DNA from: Octopus vulgaris
Lineage: Eukaryota
Direction of reading: 5' to 3'
NCBI GenBank assembly: GCA_951406725.2
Contig: OX597824.1
Span: 99,014,001-99,078,000, forward strand
Length of the DNA stretch: 64,000 bases
In this document: piece by piece, positions 50,901 through 64,000 of the stretch
Layout of the letters: each line of letters starts with the position of its first letter
Numbering within the stretch: position 1 is the first letter of the stretch
Program-made: the position numbers and the translations under genes
Notes under the pieces: generated by a model
Database searches by the model: none
What the model saw: only the letters and a program-made list of their open reading frames with translations
What the model was told of the DNA's origin: nothing

Positions 50901-52877
50901 GATGGTGTATGTATATATATATAGATATATATATAAAGATAAATAAATATATTTATATATATCAGAGAGGTGTATATGTGTGTATATACTTTTCATTGAC
51001 CACTAATATATATTGGTGAAATATGTAAAAATCTGTGAGAAGATTGATAAAACAGTACATTGAAAGTAGAACACCAAGTTGTACAGAAATTTCATTGTCA
51101 CTGTTGCCATCATAAACCCAGTGAATGAAATGATTGGCCTGTTGGAAACCTCAAGTCTGCTCTTTACAAAATACCACATGGAAATAACAAAAAATGTAGA
51201 ACTTGATGAATAAATGTTTTGCTTGTTTCAATTTAGTTGTTTGTTAGTCTAACACAAGGTGAAAGGAAACACCTGCTAACTATTCATGTAATCAGATCCT
51301 CTCATTTTTATCATTAATTACTCCTTAAAAGAATGGTCCCCACCAGTTTGTCCCACTTTCTTATCTCTCCACTCAAGTCTTCCACTTATAAAACAATTGT
51401 CCAGATTTTTGTGAAACCCCCTTTTCCTACTTCCTCTCCCATTTCACATTTCCTGTTTTAAATATTTACGTTTTTTGCCTTTCATTATTCCTTTGTCACC
51501 ATTGTTTCCCTGATTCTGTGTCAACCAATACAAACACCACAACCTCACACTGAATCTTGTTTCAAAGTAATTTAATAAATGAAGCTATCACCATTTTCAC
51601 TTTTGTTTTCCCATGCTAGATGAGGAAGACCTGCTCAGTAGAGCACCATGCCAATTGTGATTTATTTATTTTGTTTTTTGTCAATTTCCTTTATGAAGTC
51701 CCACATCCTGAGATCCAACTTCATCTTTTCTGTCCCCAGTTTCCTTGGTCTCTTTTCACAGATTCTTTTCTATTTGTATCTCCAGACTCTTCTTCATCCA
51801 ACTGTCATCCTTTCTACATGTCACATGTCCAGACCAGGGTAGTCTTCTCTCTTCCACATAACACTTGATTGCCCTTATGCCTGCTTATTTCCTCAGTTCA
51901 TCTGTGCATTGTCCATGCACCCTGGCAAACATTACACAAACAATGGAACATGTTTCCGCCCATTTCTTCCCATTTACATCAATTCCCCTCTATTCAATAC
52001 CCATATTTCATGACCATGTAGTGAAGCACACAACAATCAACAATCTATGTTTTTTTGGTGTCCAACATTTGGCTGCTGGTTTTGTTTTTTTTTCTTAAAA
52101 CCCACCTCACTGTTGACGAGATTCCCAACAGACGTTGATTGTTGCCATTACTTTTGTCAACAAATCGCCCTCTCACTTTGTGCCTCCAGAAAAATAAGAG
52201 ATAAGAGATCCTATACTTGAAAAACAGCTAAGGATTAGTGACAGGAAGATATCGGCTGTAAAACAATACCTCAATAACATTCATCTAACCCATGCTTGCA
52301 TAGAAAAATTGATGTTAAACAAACAAATGTTGTATCCCCCTTTACCTTACCCAACCATGTAGTACCCCCTTTACCTTACCCAGCCATTTAGTACCCCTTT
52401 ACATTTTTGACACTCTCTCCCATTCTACTTATTGCTCACTCCTCTCTGTTCATCCCTCTCTCGGCTGCCTATTGCTTATTCCAGACCCCTCTTCAGCACT
52501 CAGCTCCCTATCTCTCACCTCCCCCCACTACTTCTGCTGACTCATCATTCTCCCTCACCCTTCCAGAGGCCCATCTGCAAGAGACTATTGAACAATCCTT
52601 ATCCATGACCTGCTAGCCTCAAAGTTTGCCTTTCTCTGCTGCCAGCCATCACTTTCTCTTCCCTCTGCGTTACTTCTATGGCCACCCATCACCTTACACT
52701 TACCTTTATCTCATCACTCATCCTTACTTTTGTCCACCTCAGCAATTGCCAATCCTTTCCCTCCCTTCTTTATTCCAAATATCCCTGCCTTTTCCATCAT
52801 ACGCTTGTTCTTTTCATCCATTCTGGTCCTTCTCATGTCTCTACTCACTCACTCAATCACCCTTTCTCTCTCCCACC

Positions 52878-52951
<74 letters not shown>

Positions 52952-53305
52952 TCTTCCCTTTCCCCTCCTTGGTCTACTAATGTTACTTCATATTTACCAT
53001 GTTCAAGATCTCGCCAACTCCTGAGCTGGTGCCACAATAGAACTGCCCCCCGCCCCTGCACGTTCCCTGAATTCTTAGACTTGGAAAGGAAGACGACCCC
53101 TCTAGTATTGGTGCCACAAGAAAATACATTCAGTACACTGTGAAGTAATTGGTGACAGGAAGAGCATCCGGCTGTAGACATTCAGCCAAATGAGCCCCAG
53201 TCTGTGGGGACAGCAGCAGCAACTCTCAATGCGGAATGACTCAGAGTTGTGACAACCTGTCCATTCCATCCTGGCATGGAAAGCAGATGTAAATAAAGGG
53301 ATAAT

Positions 53306-53417
<112 letters not shown>

Positions 53418-54632
53418 CACACACACACACACACACAAACTTGAGAAAAACGCCTGGAGTGAAGTATATTTGATTTTAAAAACCAAGAGATTTAACATCA
53501 ACAAAAAAATGATAGGAATAAATATGTCACTGTAGATTGATAAATGTATAATTAAGATTGAAAAACTTTGAACTGTTAGATTTTAACTGATATTTCTTCA
53601 GGTCTACTCTCAGAGTCTTCTAACAGCTGTTCCATAGTTATGTTCTTTTTTCCCAGAAAATAGATAAATAAAGCTTGATTTTGTTTCTTGTTTTGATGAA
53701 TAAAATCAATTAAAAGGTGATTAAAAAGAAAACATTTTATTCTTGCCAGTTGTTTTACTGATATTTAAGATAAGGAAAATATGCAAGAATCTAATTTTCT
53801 GCTGCATCTGTTTTTATTTCTGTTCCTGAAAGAGTTGTTTTAATTTAATTGACATAACTTCATTAAAGTTAATCACAGATAATCACTTATCTATTTAGAT
53901 TAGGAATTATGTCATTGTTTATTGTTAATTAATGTAATTAGTCCAACACATCCATCCCCACACCACAACCTAACTTTTTAACTTAATTGTTAATAAACCC
54001 AACTCATTTGGGATTCACAACACCAAGGATCAAAGATGTTCCAGCCATGACTATCCTTTTGACTATTTTGTTTCAGGTATCTCGGGTTACATTACTTCAA
54101 GAAGACAGTGTCTGATTTGTGGAAGAATTAACTGCTTGTTCTAGCCGGTAGAGTAACCTCATAAACACAGTGTACAGTAGAGGTGAGGGGGTAGAGTGAC
54201 AACAGGTTGGTGAGGTAGTGGAGGGAAGTGGTGAGTGATGGAATGGTTGTGTCTCTTTGCACCACTCAGCCAATCAACCATGGAGGACAATGTATGTTGT
54301 CATTTTAATTGTTTTTCCACTTGGAAGAAATTCAACCATACCACTGATCACCAAACTATGGTGGATATATATAAACATATCATCATCATCATCATCATTT
54401 AATGTCCGTTTTCCATGCTGACATAGGTTGAATGGGTTGACCAGAGCTGGCAAGTTCTAGTCTGATTTGGCTTGTTTTCTATGGCTGAACCCAGAACAAT
54501 GTGGTTCGTAAGCAAACTACTTACCACACAGCCATTCCTTTGCCAATATCTTGAGAAATATCCTCTAACCACATACAATATTTTTCACTATAAATATACA
54601 GTGTGTTGAAACGAGGAAAGCAAGCTAACAGG

Positions 54633-54681
<49 letters not shown>

Positions 54682-54751
54682 CATACATACATACATTCAC
54701 ACACACATATACATGTGTGTGTGTGCGCGATATATATGTGTGTGTGTGTGC

Positions 54752-54789
<38 letters not shown>

Positions 54790-57203
54790 GTTTGTGTGTG
54801 GGTGTTTATGTATATCATCATTTTCACATCCACATTTCCATGAGCCAGATGGAGTTTAGTGAGGCAGATTTTCTAAGACCAGATGCCTTTCTTGTTGCCA
54901 GTCCTCACCAAGCAAGGTAATATTTCCCCTTTGGCCAGACATGTTCTCAGGGAATATTGGAAATGAATGACACTGCTTGTGTCATGCGATGTCAAGACTG
55001 GAAGACACACACACGCACACATACATATGAAATGATGAATGGAATAATGAGGTTAGGTATAATATTGAAATAAGCCAGGTGAGTATGAAAGAGTGTGTAA
55101 AATAGGAAGGATTATATCAAAAAGCAGGGGTGGTTGGAACAATGAAATTCCCCTGTCATGGCCTGGAGGAAATGATAAACAAAAGGGGGCTGAGAACCAA
55201 TCCTTGGTGAACTCCTACCTGCACACCAAAGTGCTAATGTGTTGAGAGAAAATTGGGCATTAAAGGAATTAGATGTAACCTGCAAGAGAGAAGACCGTAC
55301 TGGTATGATCATGTGATTCTTATGGAGGAGGGCAACTGCATAATGAAGTACCAATCACTAAGTGTGGGTGAAATTTATGGAAGAGAGAGAGAGACCCAGG
55401 AAAATGTGGAACAAGGTGGTGAAGACTGACCTGCAAATGTTGAGTGTCATGAAGAATATGATAAAGCACTGAGATAACTGGCAATTCACTGTGTTCAAGA
55501 AGACCCTTCCATCTTGGCAAAAGTGAGGTCTTACAAGCATTATGCTTATGTTTGATGATCCTACATGCAGTCTGTCTCTATAAAGCCTTCCCCACCTCCC
55601 ATCTTTCTAACACACTTCCCTCCATCACTCTTCTAACTATGGCACTATTCATTCAACTGTTGTAATGAAATGAGAGCAGAACTGTACATATTCTGCCATC
55701 AGTTTTGTGCTTCCAGTTACCTTTCTCCTCCTTTGAACCACTTCCATCCTTCATTCTCAATATGAAACCTTTACACTTTATTTCCCACTGATCACCCCTT
55801 TCTCTGCCACTTTTTATCTCTCCCTCTCCTCTGAACTACATCTTATAACTATCACACCTCATCCTTAACACTCTCTCATATCATCCATTGGTGGCTCACC
55901 CATTATTTGTCACTCACTATATTTATCCCTATGTATATCTGACCTCTATCTCTGTCACTGTGCATCTCTCTCTCCTCTCTCTCTCTCTCCCTCCACACTC
56001 TACATCATCTCTAGATTTCTCATTTATCTACAGTTTTATCATGTTCTTGCTCTCCACCCTTGTACTGCATCCTACAAACAATATTATGTAACTTTAGGTC
56101 TCTCTATCTAATTTCTCTGTCTAATGCATGTTTTCCAACTGCTCTTAGTTCCTCTCCCATATCTATATTATATGAAAGAGTAGATGAGCTAAGATACACA
56201 CACACACACACACAAACACGCACACACACTGTACAGGCTTTTAATGCTGCTAATGGCATACCAATGCTTAACTCCCATCTGTTTCCCCCCCCCCTGTTTA
56301 ATCCCCCCACCCTCTTTCTTCCCTTATTTTACACACTCCCTTTCTCTTCCTTTTAACTACAACAAACTTATTTATTTGTTTTGTGATACTCATTTGTCCT
56401 TGATTGTCAATGTTTTTTATGACTTATTTTTCTTAAATTCTTTATTTCTAAAACCGTTTCCTGGACTCCTAATGTTATATTACTCTGAGTGTAAGCAATT
56501 TATGTTACCCAACTTTTACTTGTTTTTAATGATTATATTAATTTACCTCAATGGTCAATCTTCTAAACAGATTCCTGTTTCGGAATGTCCCATTCACTGT
56601 TCAATCAGCTGCAATTATCACAACACCATTTATAAACATTTATAAACCAACATAATTTTCCAACTGTCAGATGATCAGTTACGCAAAACTCTGGCTATAG
56701 CTGCGGCTTGCAGTAATGCGTGCATAGTAGTGGTTACATAATACTAGTAGGTATATAATGGTAGAAATATAATTGTAGCCACGTAGTAGTTGCTATATAA
56801 TCATGAGACTGTATAATAGTATACAATAGGTGCAAGCATGGCTGTGTGGTAAGAAGTTTGCTTCCTGACCGCATGGTTCTAGGTTCAATCCCACTGCATA
56901 GCTCCTTGGGCAAGTGTCTTCTACTATAGTCTCTGATTGACCAAAGCCTTGTGAGTGGATTTGGTAGACAGAAACTGAAAGAAGTCCATCATATGTATGT
57001 ATGTATGTATCTATATATATATATCCCACAGGGTGTCCAATAAACACCCTCCTCCGGTTTATATATATACTACAATCGTATAGCCAAAAAATAGCAAAAA
57101 TGCATTAAAAATGCTTGGTGGACATTTTAGAGAGTTACTTCTTATATAATAGCGAAAAATGCAGTTGCCATTTCTGTTTTGGTGTCTTGAAGTTTGTTCT
57201 AAA

Positions 57204-57246
<43 letters not shown>

Positions 57247-57980
57247 GACGGGCTCGATATGAATCAGACTATAAGCTACCAATTTGGTTAAACTGTACTT
57301 ATTATAAAAGGCAGATTTTTATCTGCCTCCACTCTCTGCATGCAATTAGACTTTCGTGAGAACCCATTGACCCAATTTGCTGACTTTTCCGATAGCACAC
57401 AGGTGTCAATGAATGGTTGAATGACCAAATCAAGCTTCTCTGCTAGTTCCTCAACAGTTACGATTATAGAAATCTACAATATAGGATTTCTTCAATTACA
57501 ATTATTGTCCACCTAGCATTTTTTTTGTACTTTGCACACATTTATATTCTGTTATTCTTTATATGTTTCAGCCTTGAAGAGTAGAATGTGTGTGTGTGTG
57601 TGTGTGTGTCATCGGGTCATGCCAGGTCCAGTTTTTAAAATTTAAACTCCAATTAAGCAAAATCTTACAGAAAACTCACATTCTGGTGTGTATGTCAAAT
57701 GCTTTTCTTTGTAGTCTGGTTTACAGCACACTTCAATTACAATTTACTAGCAAACGCACACACAAAATTTCAGTGTGCAACGAATAAAGTGAAACTAGAT
57801 GTAATATTTGTTTCTGTCTATCACACTGATAGATACATGAGTAAAATGTATGGCAAGCTAACAGATAAGAGTGAGTGAAAATGTTCTTGGAAGAGAGTAA
57901 ATAGCGACAAAGTGATTTGAGGAAGACTAAACTGAAAGTATGAAACAGTGTTTATGTATAAACAGACGACACTTATATAA

Positions 57981-58307
57981 ACCCTTTCGTTACCAAACCG
58001 CCCGAATTTACCTATTCATATTTAAATGAGAATATCAGAGTAAATCTCTTTAGTACATTCGTGAAAACACGTATTATACTTCGTAAACACTTCAAATACA
58101 GTTTTGTACAAAAATCGAAGTGTAATTTTAATTCCGTGAATTATAGGAGATTTTTTTCCGAAATTTGTTCCTATTGTGTTTTCAAAATTTGTAATTCTGA
58201 CAAAAAATGGATACGAATTTCATTATATCAAGCAGCGAGTCAGAATTCGAAGGATTTTCTACTGAAGACCTTCATAAATCTAACTCTATGACTGAAAAAA
58301 AAAAGCA
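57981..58307 (+). mobile_element. piggyBac-like 5' end with start of transposase, cut by a Helitron
   Basis: (t)aaa|CCCTTTCG terminus; acidic N-terminus MDTNFIISSSESEFEGFSTEDL. Confidence 0.55.
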
Positions 58308-58678
58308 TCTTTATATAAGAGTGAAGTTGTGTGTCTGTCTCCTACGATTTAGATTCGTAACTACTCCCACATTTTGCGGTGCAGTTTAACCAAAAGCGGG
58401 TATCTTATAGTCATGATTCATATCGAGCCCTTCTGGGTATTAGCGCGTGTCTACGATGAGTCTACGATTTTCCATTTTAATGCATTTTTTCGCTTTTATA
58501 TAAGGGAAGTAACTCTCTAAAAATATCTACGATGTGTCAACAATTTAAAAAAAAAATTTACCTTAATTTTTTTTCAATTTTTAATGCATTTTTTTGCTAT
58601 TTTTTGGCTATAACTCTCTAAAAATGCTTATATAGTTATTTCCCTTACAACCCGAGCAACGCCGGGCGATACTGCTAG
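58308..58678 (+). mobile_element. Non-autonomous Helitron (fragments also at about 57075-57300, minus)
   Basis: A|TC 5' end, hairpin at 58651-58666, CTAG|T 3' end. Confidence 0.88.
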
Positions 58679-59337
58679 TATATATATATAATCAACATTA
58701 TCATCATCCTTTAATGTCCATTTTCTGTGCTGGCATGGGTTGGACGGCTTGATCAGAGCTGGCAAGCAGGAGAGCTGCACCAGGTTCCAGTCTGAGCTGG
58801 CAAGGTTTCTACAGCTGGATACCCTTCCAAATGCCCACCGCTTTATAGTATGTGTTGGGTGCTTTTAATGTGACACTAGCATGAGTGCTTTTTACATAGC
58901 ACTGGTACAGGACTCAGTCCTCTTCACCAGTGGGTGGGAGTGGCTTAACACATCCACTGTGGAGGAAGGGTCTTCTTGAGTACAGGAAAGTACCAAGTAT
59001 TTTGGTCTTTTGTCATTTTGTATGAAAGGTTCAGCTTCTTGAGTTTGTCCTTCAGTACTTCATTCCATGTCTCCCTGGGTCTCCCTCTTCAGCGAGTTCT
59101 GTACACTTTGATCAGCACTTCTTTATGGAGTTGTCAGCATCCATCCGCATCCCCACCACTGCTTGACGACCGGTGTTGGTGTGTTTATGTCCTTGTAACT
59201 TAGCGGTTTTGCTAAAAGAGACCAATAGAATAAGTGCCAGGTTTAAAATATATAAATACTGGTTTCTTCAAGGTGGTGCCCCAGCATGACCACAGTTTAA
59301 TGACTGAAAAAAGTAAAAAATAAAAGGAGTTATTACA

Positions 59338-59584
59338 CAGTGGGGCGCAAAAGCTGGTATCACGGTAAGTATGACATCAATGTTATAATACTTGATTCGT
59401 TAAAATTATTAGCACATTAAATTAGTTGGCCTCGTTTTTGATATTTTCAGTGTCATTAATCATAATATGTTTATCATAACTATAATAATATTGTTATAGT
59501 AACTTTTAATTTTTGTGATAAAAATAAATGAAAATTGTGTTTTCTTTTTTCTCATAACTGTATACCTGCTTTTGCACCACCTTG
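59338..59584. mobile_element. Tc1/mariner-type MITE
   Basis: Imperfect TIRs CAGTGGGGCGCAAAAGCTGGTAT / ATACCTGCTTTTGCACCACCTTG|TA. Confidence 0.65.
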
Positions 59585-60520
59585 TATAATTGTGATTATA
59601 ATATAGTTATTGTACAACTAGGTATGTAAGAGTGGTAATACACTAGCTAATATTGTTGTATGCTATAAAACACCATTAACTATATATTGTTAACAGGTAC
59701 TAATCATCAAATGATAGTAACCATTGATTCTAACATAGGCATTGACCTGAAATTTGTGGGTAGAAGTTACTTGATTAAATAAACCCCTGTATTTGACTGG
59801 TACACTATTTTATTGATCCTGGACGGCTGAAAGGTAAAGTTAGTTCTGGCAGTATTTGAACTCAAAACATAAACAGCTCAAAGAAATACCACAAAGTATT
59901 TTTGCAGACATTTCTAATGATTTTGCCTCTCCTTCACCCTCAGTCACCATTTCATACTCTTAGATTGGTACATATTTAATGCTTTACAAAGTGGTTAATA
60001 TTAATATTATGACATCTCATAAACCTTATGAGAACTCTTCTGGGATATATACCTTATGACTATAACAACATATCTGGTCCATGTCTTACAACTAGGATAA
60101 GTGGGATTAATTCCTTGAGTCAGTCAAACAAGATAATCTTGGCAGTGGGCAAAACTCTTATTTCTGAACTGAGCAGGGGTGGTTTAGTGCCTTGTCTACA
60201 ATGGCACCAACTGTAACCCATGAGTTGAGAGGTAGAGTTATGTCTATGCAACTTTTGTGTCTTGTATGTTATATTAATAAACAGGGATAGTTTCATTTGA
60301 AAATAATAATAATAATAATAACAACAATAATAATAATAATAATAATAATGATAATAAAAAATAATAGTTACAGTGTAAATAAGCATGATAATAAGAATGT
60401 TAAGTGCTCATTTAGTCACCAAAGAAAATATATTTATCTTAAATCCTATACTTTTAACAATTATGATGAATCATTGCACTGATACAGACACACAAACAGA
60501 TACATACAGACACACATGCA

Positions 60521-60566
<46 letters not shown>

Positions 60567-60567
60567 C

Positions 60568-60624
<57 letters not shown>

Positions 60625-61782
60625 CATAGACACACACACACACACACACACACATAGTTGTTTACGTGTACACCCATACATACATTTATAAATGTATATA
60701 TGTATGTATATATTTTTATACACATACACACACACACAGATATATATATGCACACAGACACATTTCTAATGGTTTTACAACTTACTGGGTGTAGCTCTTA
60801 TTATTGTTGGTAAATTGATCTGTCAAAGAAGTCAGGGTTTTATTTTTTAAATGTTTTTGACATCATCATCATTGCCACCACCATTATTGTTGTCCTCCTC
60901 ATCATCATCTCCACCCTCCTCCTCCTCCTCCTTCCTTCTCTTCCATCCCTACTCCAACATTTTCTGTCTTTCATTACCCCCCCTCCCCTCAGTATTATCA
61001 TTCCCATTTTAAAAATCTAATTTACTCTTTCCATACTGATCAAGAGGTTAACAAAATAGCCAATAGGTGGAGTTGCTGACCACAGTGTGAAAGGTGAAGC
61101 TGTAAATATTTCAAAGATCAATGGCTTCCCACTGATGCGTCGATCACACACGCACAGCCATCATCACACTGCCTCTTGGCTTATGCCACTTGCCTATGCA
61201 GGTATCAGATTGTTTCATGTGTAATGTCAATTACGCACTTGATTTATTCAAGCCAAAATATAAACAGATACAACACCCATGAAATATTTGAGGGGTTAAT
61301 AGTGAGTGTTGAGGGATCAACATAGTGTTGAAGTGTTAATTTAGAGTAGGGCTAACATAGTGTTAACATTGCGTTAAGGGGATAACATAAGATTATTAAG
61401 AGGTTACTATAGAGCTGATGGGTTAACATAGTGTTAATATAAAGTGCTTTTGGGAGTTTACTATGTTTAGTGCAGGTTACAAGGTGCTGAGGGGATAACA
61501 GGGGATTGAACCAGTCTGTGACAGACTTTCCACAACAATTCAAAAAAGAAAATAGCAAAAATATTTAATCAAATGAACAATTAAAATTGTTTTTGTTTCT
61601 TCCAATAAGGAGACTGTCTCATTTGTTATTATTAAGAATGGTAGATTTTCAGATTCAGCAGAAACAGTTAACGAGTTGTATATAGTAACTGCCCCTAGTG
61701 TTCTGAGTTCAGAATGTAGTGACAGACAAAATACCGCTAAGCATTTCACCTGGCATGCTAACAATTCTGCCAGCTCACCACC

Positions 61783-61814
<32 letters not shown>

Positions 61815-61819
61815 TTTGA

Positions 61820-62175
61820 GACTTTCCAGTGCATATAGACTGGACCATCAAGGCAAATGAACTGGATATGGTTCAAGCGTCATCCATCCAAAATGCAAAT
61901 ATATGGGAAACTACCACCTGTGTCATCTCTTGTGAAAGGTAGGAGAGTCCAGTTTGCTGGACATTGTTGTAGAGCTGAAAACGAGGTAATTTCTACTCTT
62001 CTCCTCTGGAAGCTATCTACTCGCAATCCCAGAGGGCGCACACTCTCCTACCCTGATGTAATCTCCAGGGATACAGGCATCCAGCAACAGGACCTCCGTA
62101 ATGCTCTGATGGACCGTGAAGTCTGGCGTAGTATGGTAAATTCCTTTGTCTCGACCACGGTCGAACAATGATGAT
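61820..62175 (+). mobile_element. RTE-like LINE 3' end (second family)
   Basis: RRVQFAGHCCR..LLLW..PRGR..YPDVISRDTG..MDREVWR, then a (GAT)n tail. Confidence 0.85.
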
Positions 62176-62179
62176 GGTG

Positions 62180-62490
62180 ATGGATATGGTTGTGAAAGAC
62201 CAAAACAATAAAGTCTGTTTATTGATTGATATGAGCGTACCCTGTGATCATAATATCTTGGCAAAAGACTTTGATAAGCTCAGAAAATATAAAGTTTTAC
62301 TAATTGAAATGGAAAAGATATGGCATCTTAAGACGGTTACAATACCAGTGATTGTAGGAGCACTTGGAATGATCAAAAAAGGAACTGAAAATTATTTAAG
62401 AATGATTCCTGGCTTACCATCCATGTAGGAAATGCAAAAGATTGTCTTAACTGGTCACACGTATTGCAAAGAGTATTGTTGCTGTGAATT
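62180..62490 (+). mobile_element. R4/Dong RLE domain 3' fragment
   Basis: DMVVKD..CLLIDMSVPCD..KLRKY..IPVIVGALG..MQKIVL. Confidence 0.85.
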
Positions 62491-62819
62491 TTTATTCCTT
62501 TATTTTCTTTGTTTACTTTTTAATTTTTTAAATTTTTTTCCCTTTTCTCTCTGTCTTTCTTCCCCCTTTTCTCTATTGCATGACTTTGTAAATGAACAAT
62601 CTGGTGTGTTTATTTTAATGGCCTACTAATGTATACAGTGTGTTTCTCTGCCCTTGGTATCAGGAAGACACTCGGCAAGAAATAGAAGCAGAATTGAAAG
62701 ATGATGATAATGAAAATAATAATAATGATGATACGCCCAAAACCACCACAAGTTGTGGTAACATGATGCAGTAGCAAAAGTGCTACATTGGAAACTGTGC
62801 AAAAAGTGAAGCAGAGAAA

Positions 62820-63335
62820 GGCAAGACATAGTATGAACACAAAGGGCAAAGAGGGGCAGAGTCAGAGACCTACAAATTCTCTGGGATTTTCCAATCCAAA
62901 CAGATCAGGTGTCAGAGCATAATGGACTGGACCAAGTGGTGGTCGACAAGATGCACCACATGTACTATATAGTTGATGTTGCATGCCCCTTTGACCCATG
63001 AATAGTCAAGAAGAAAGGCGAAAAAATAAATACAACCCTCTTAAATACGAAATAGCCCAGCTATGGAAAATGAAGAAAGTGAAGATAGTGCCAATTATTG
63101 TTGGGTCCTTGAAGACAGTATCAGAAGGCATGAAGAGGAATAGAAAGGAAATTGGAATAGAGTGCCCAGTAGAACTGTTACAAAAGGTTTGCCTCTTTGG
63201 CATGGCCAGAATAATCAGGAAAATATTAGATAGTTGAAAAGAACAAATAGCATGGTACCATAGGCTGCAGGTAGCAAGACTCCAGGTATTACAACAAAAC
63301 CTGAGATAAAAAGAATAAATAATAATAATAATAAT
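62820..63335 (+). mobile_element. R4/Dong RLE domain 3' end with (TAA)n tail
   Basis: KFSGIF/LWDFPIQTD..VDVACPFDP..KY..LKYEIAQLW..VPIIVGSL..LQKVCLFGMARIIRKILD*. Confidence 0.88.
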
Positions 63336-64000
63336 CCTTTCTATTACAGGTATAGAGCCTGAAATTTGGGGGCAGATGGTGAGTTGATTACATAAATTAA
63401 GTACCAGTACTTGACTGATACTTTTTTTTCAACCCCAGCAGAATGGAAGCCAAACTTGACCTTGATGGGGTAAAATGTAAAATACCAGAGCAAATACCAC
63501 AAGGTACTTTTTCCAGTGCTCTAATGATTCCTGCCAGTAGTTTCTAACAAAGGTACCAGGCTTTAAATTTTGTGGGAGGAACTTCAGTCAATACTATTGA
63601 CCCTAGACCTTTATTTTATCCAAACAGGCTCAGATGTAACACCTTGTGGTATTACATCCTTTTATGTTCTGAAGTTAAATCCTTTACTTTTCACTCATCT
63701 GTTCCCGTAAAATACTAGGGCCCAGTTTCATTCTTAAAACATCCCCAAAGTCACAAATGTGTGGCCATTTCCTTGCCTATTCTGTGTTAGAATAACTGTA
63801 TCACAAAGTAGCTTTTTAATAAATGGTTCCTGAAATAATATCTGGTGAAAGAGTTGCTGTAAGTTTATCCATCTTTTATGAGATGATTTACAAATGGAAT
63901 ATGGTGTAAAATTCACAAAATTATAACTCCAAGAAATAATTTCTGTAAATGGCAAATGAAGTTCATTGTATGGAAGTTTGGCTGTTTGAAATGTCATAAA

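Noticed and set aside
61115-61180. SECIS-, C/D-box- or miR-34-like resemblance on the minus strand
   Set aside because: No apical AA with correct SECIS spacing, no D box, and no pre-miRNA hairpin around the seed-like match.
63734-63997. 87-aa minus-strand ORF at the window edge
   Set aside because: No recognisable homology or splice signals; cannot be evaluated at the edge.

Overview
AT-rich, microsatellite- and transposon-saturated animal genomic DNA. The SINE, RTE and mariner complement suggests an octopod cephalopod (inference). Only one host coding exon can be named: exon 1 of NCKAP1/Nap1/Hem on the minus strand (14356-14460), whose first intron apparently runs off the left edge. A second CpG-retaining, non-repetitive block (about 30.7-34.8 kb) may be another promoter and holds weak candidate exons. 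The rest is decayed mobile DNA: RTE, R4/Dong-type and CR1 LINEs, tRNA-derived SINEs, a full-length mellifera-type mariner and other Tc1/mariner relics, a Chapaev-like transposon, a Copia gag relic, piggyBac and Helitron pieces, and MITEs with clear TSDs. The most striking unexplained signal is about eight hammerhead-ribozyme-like motifs of the Penelope (PLE) type. Several have a hugely extended, sequence-divergent stem II and covarying stem I, and some occur as inverted pairs. There are also two long fold-back palindromes and an in-frame uORF separated from the NCKAP1 ORF by a single UAG. All family calls are from manual motif recognition; no database searches were run.
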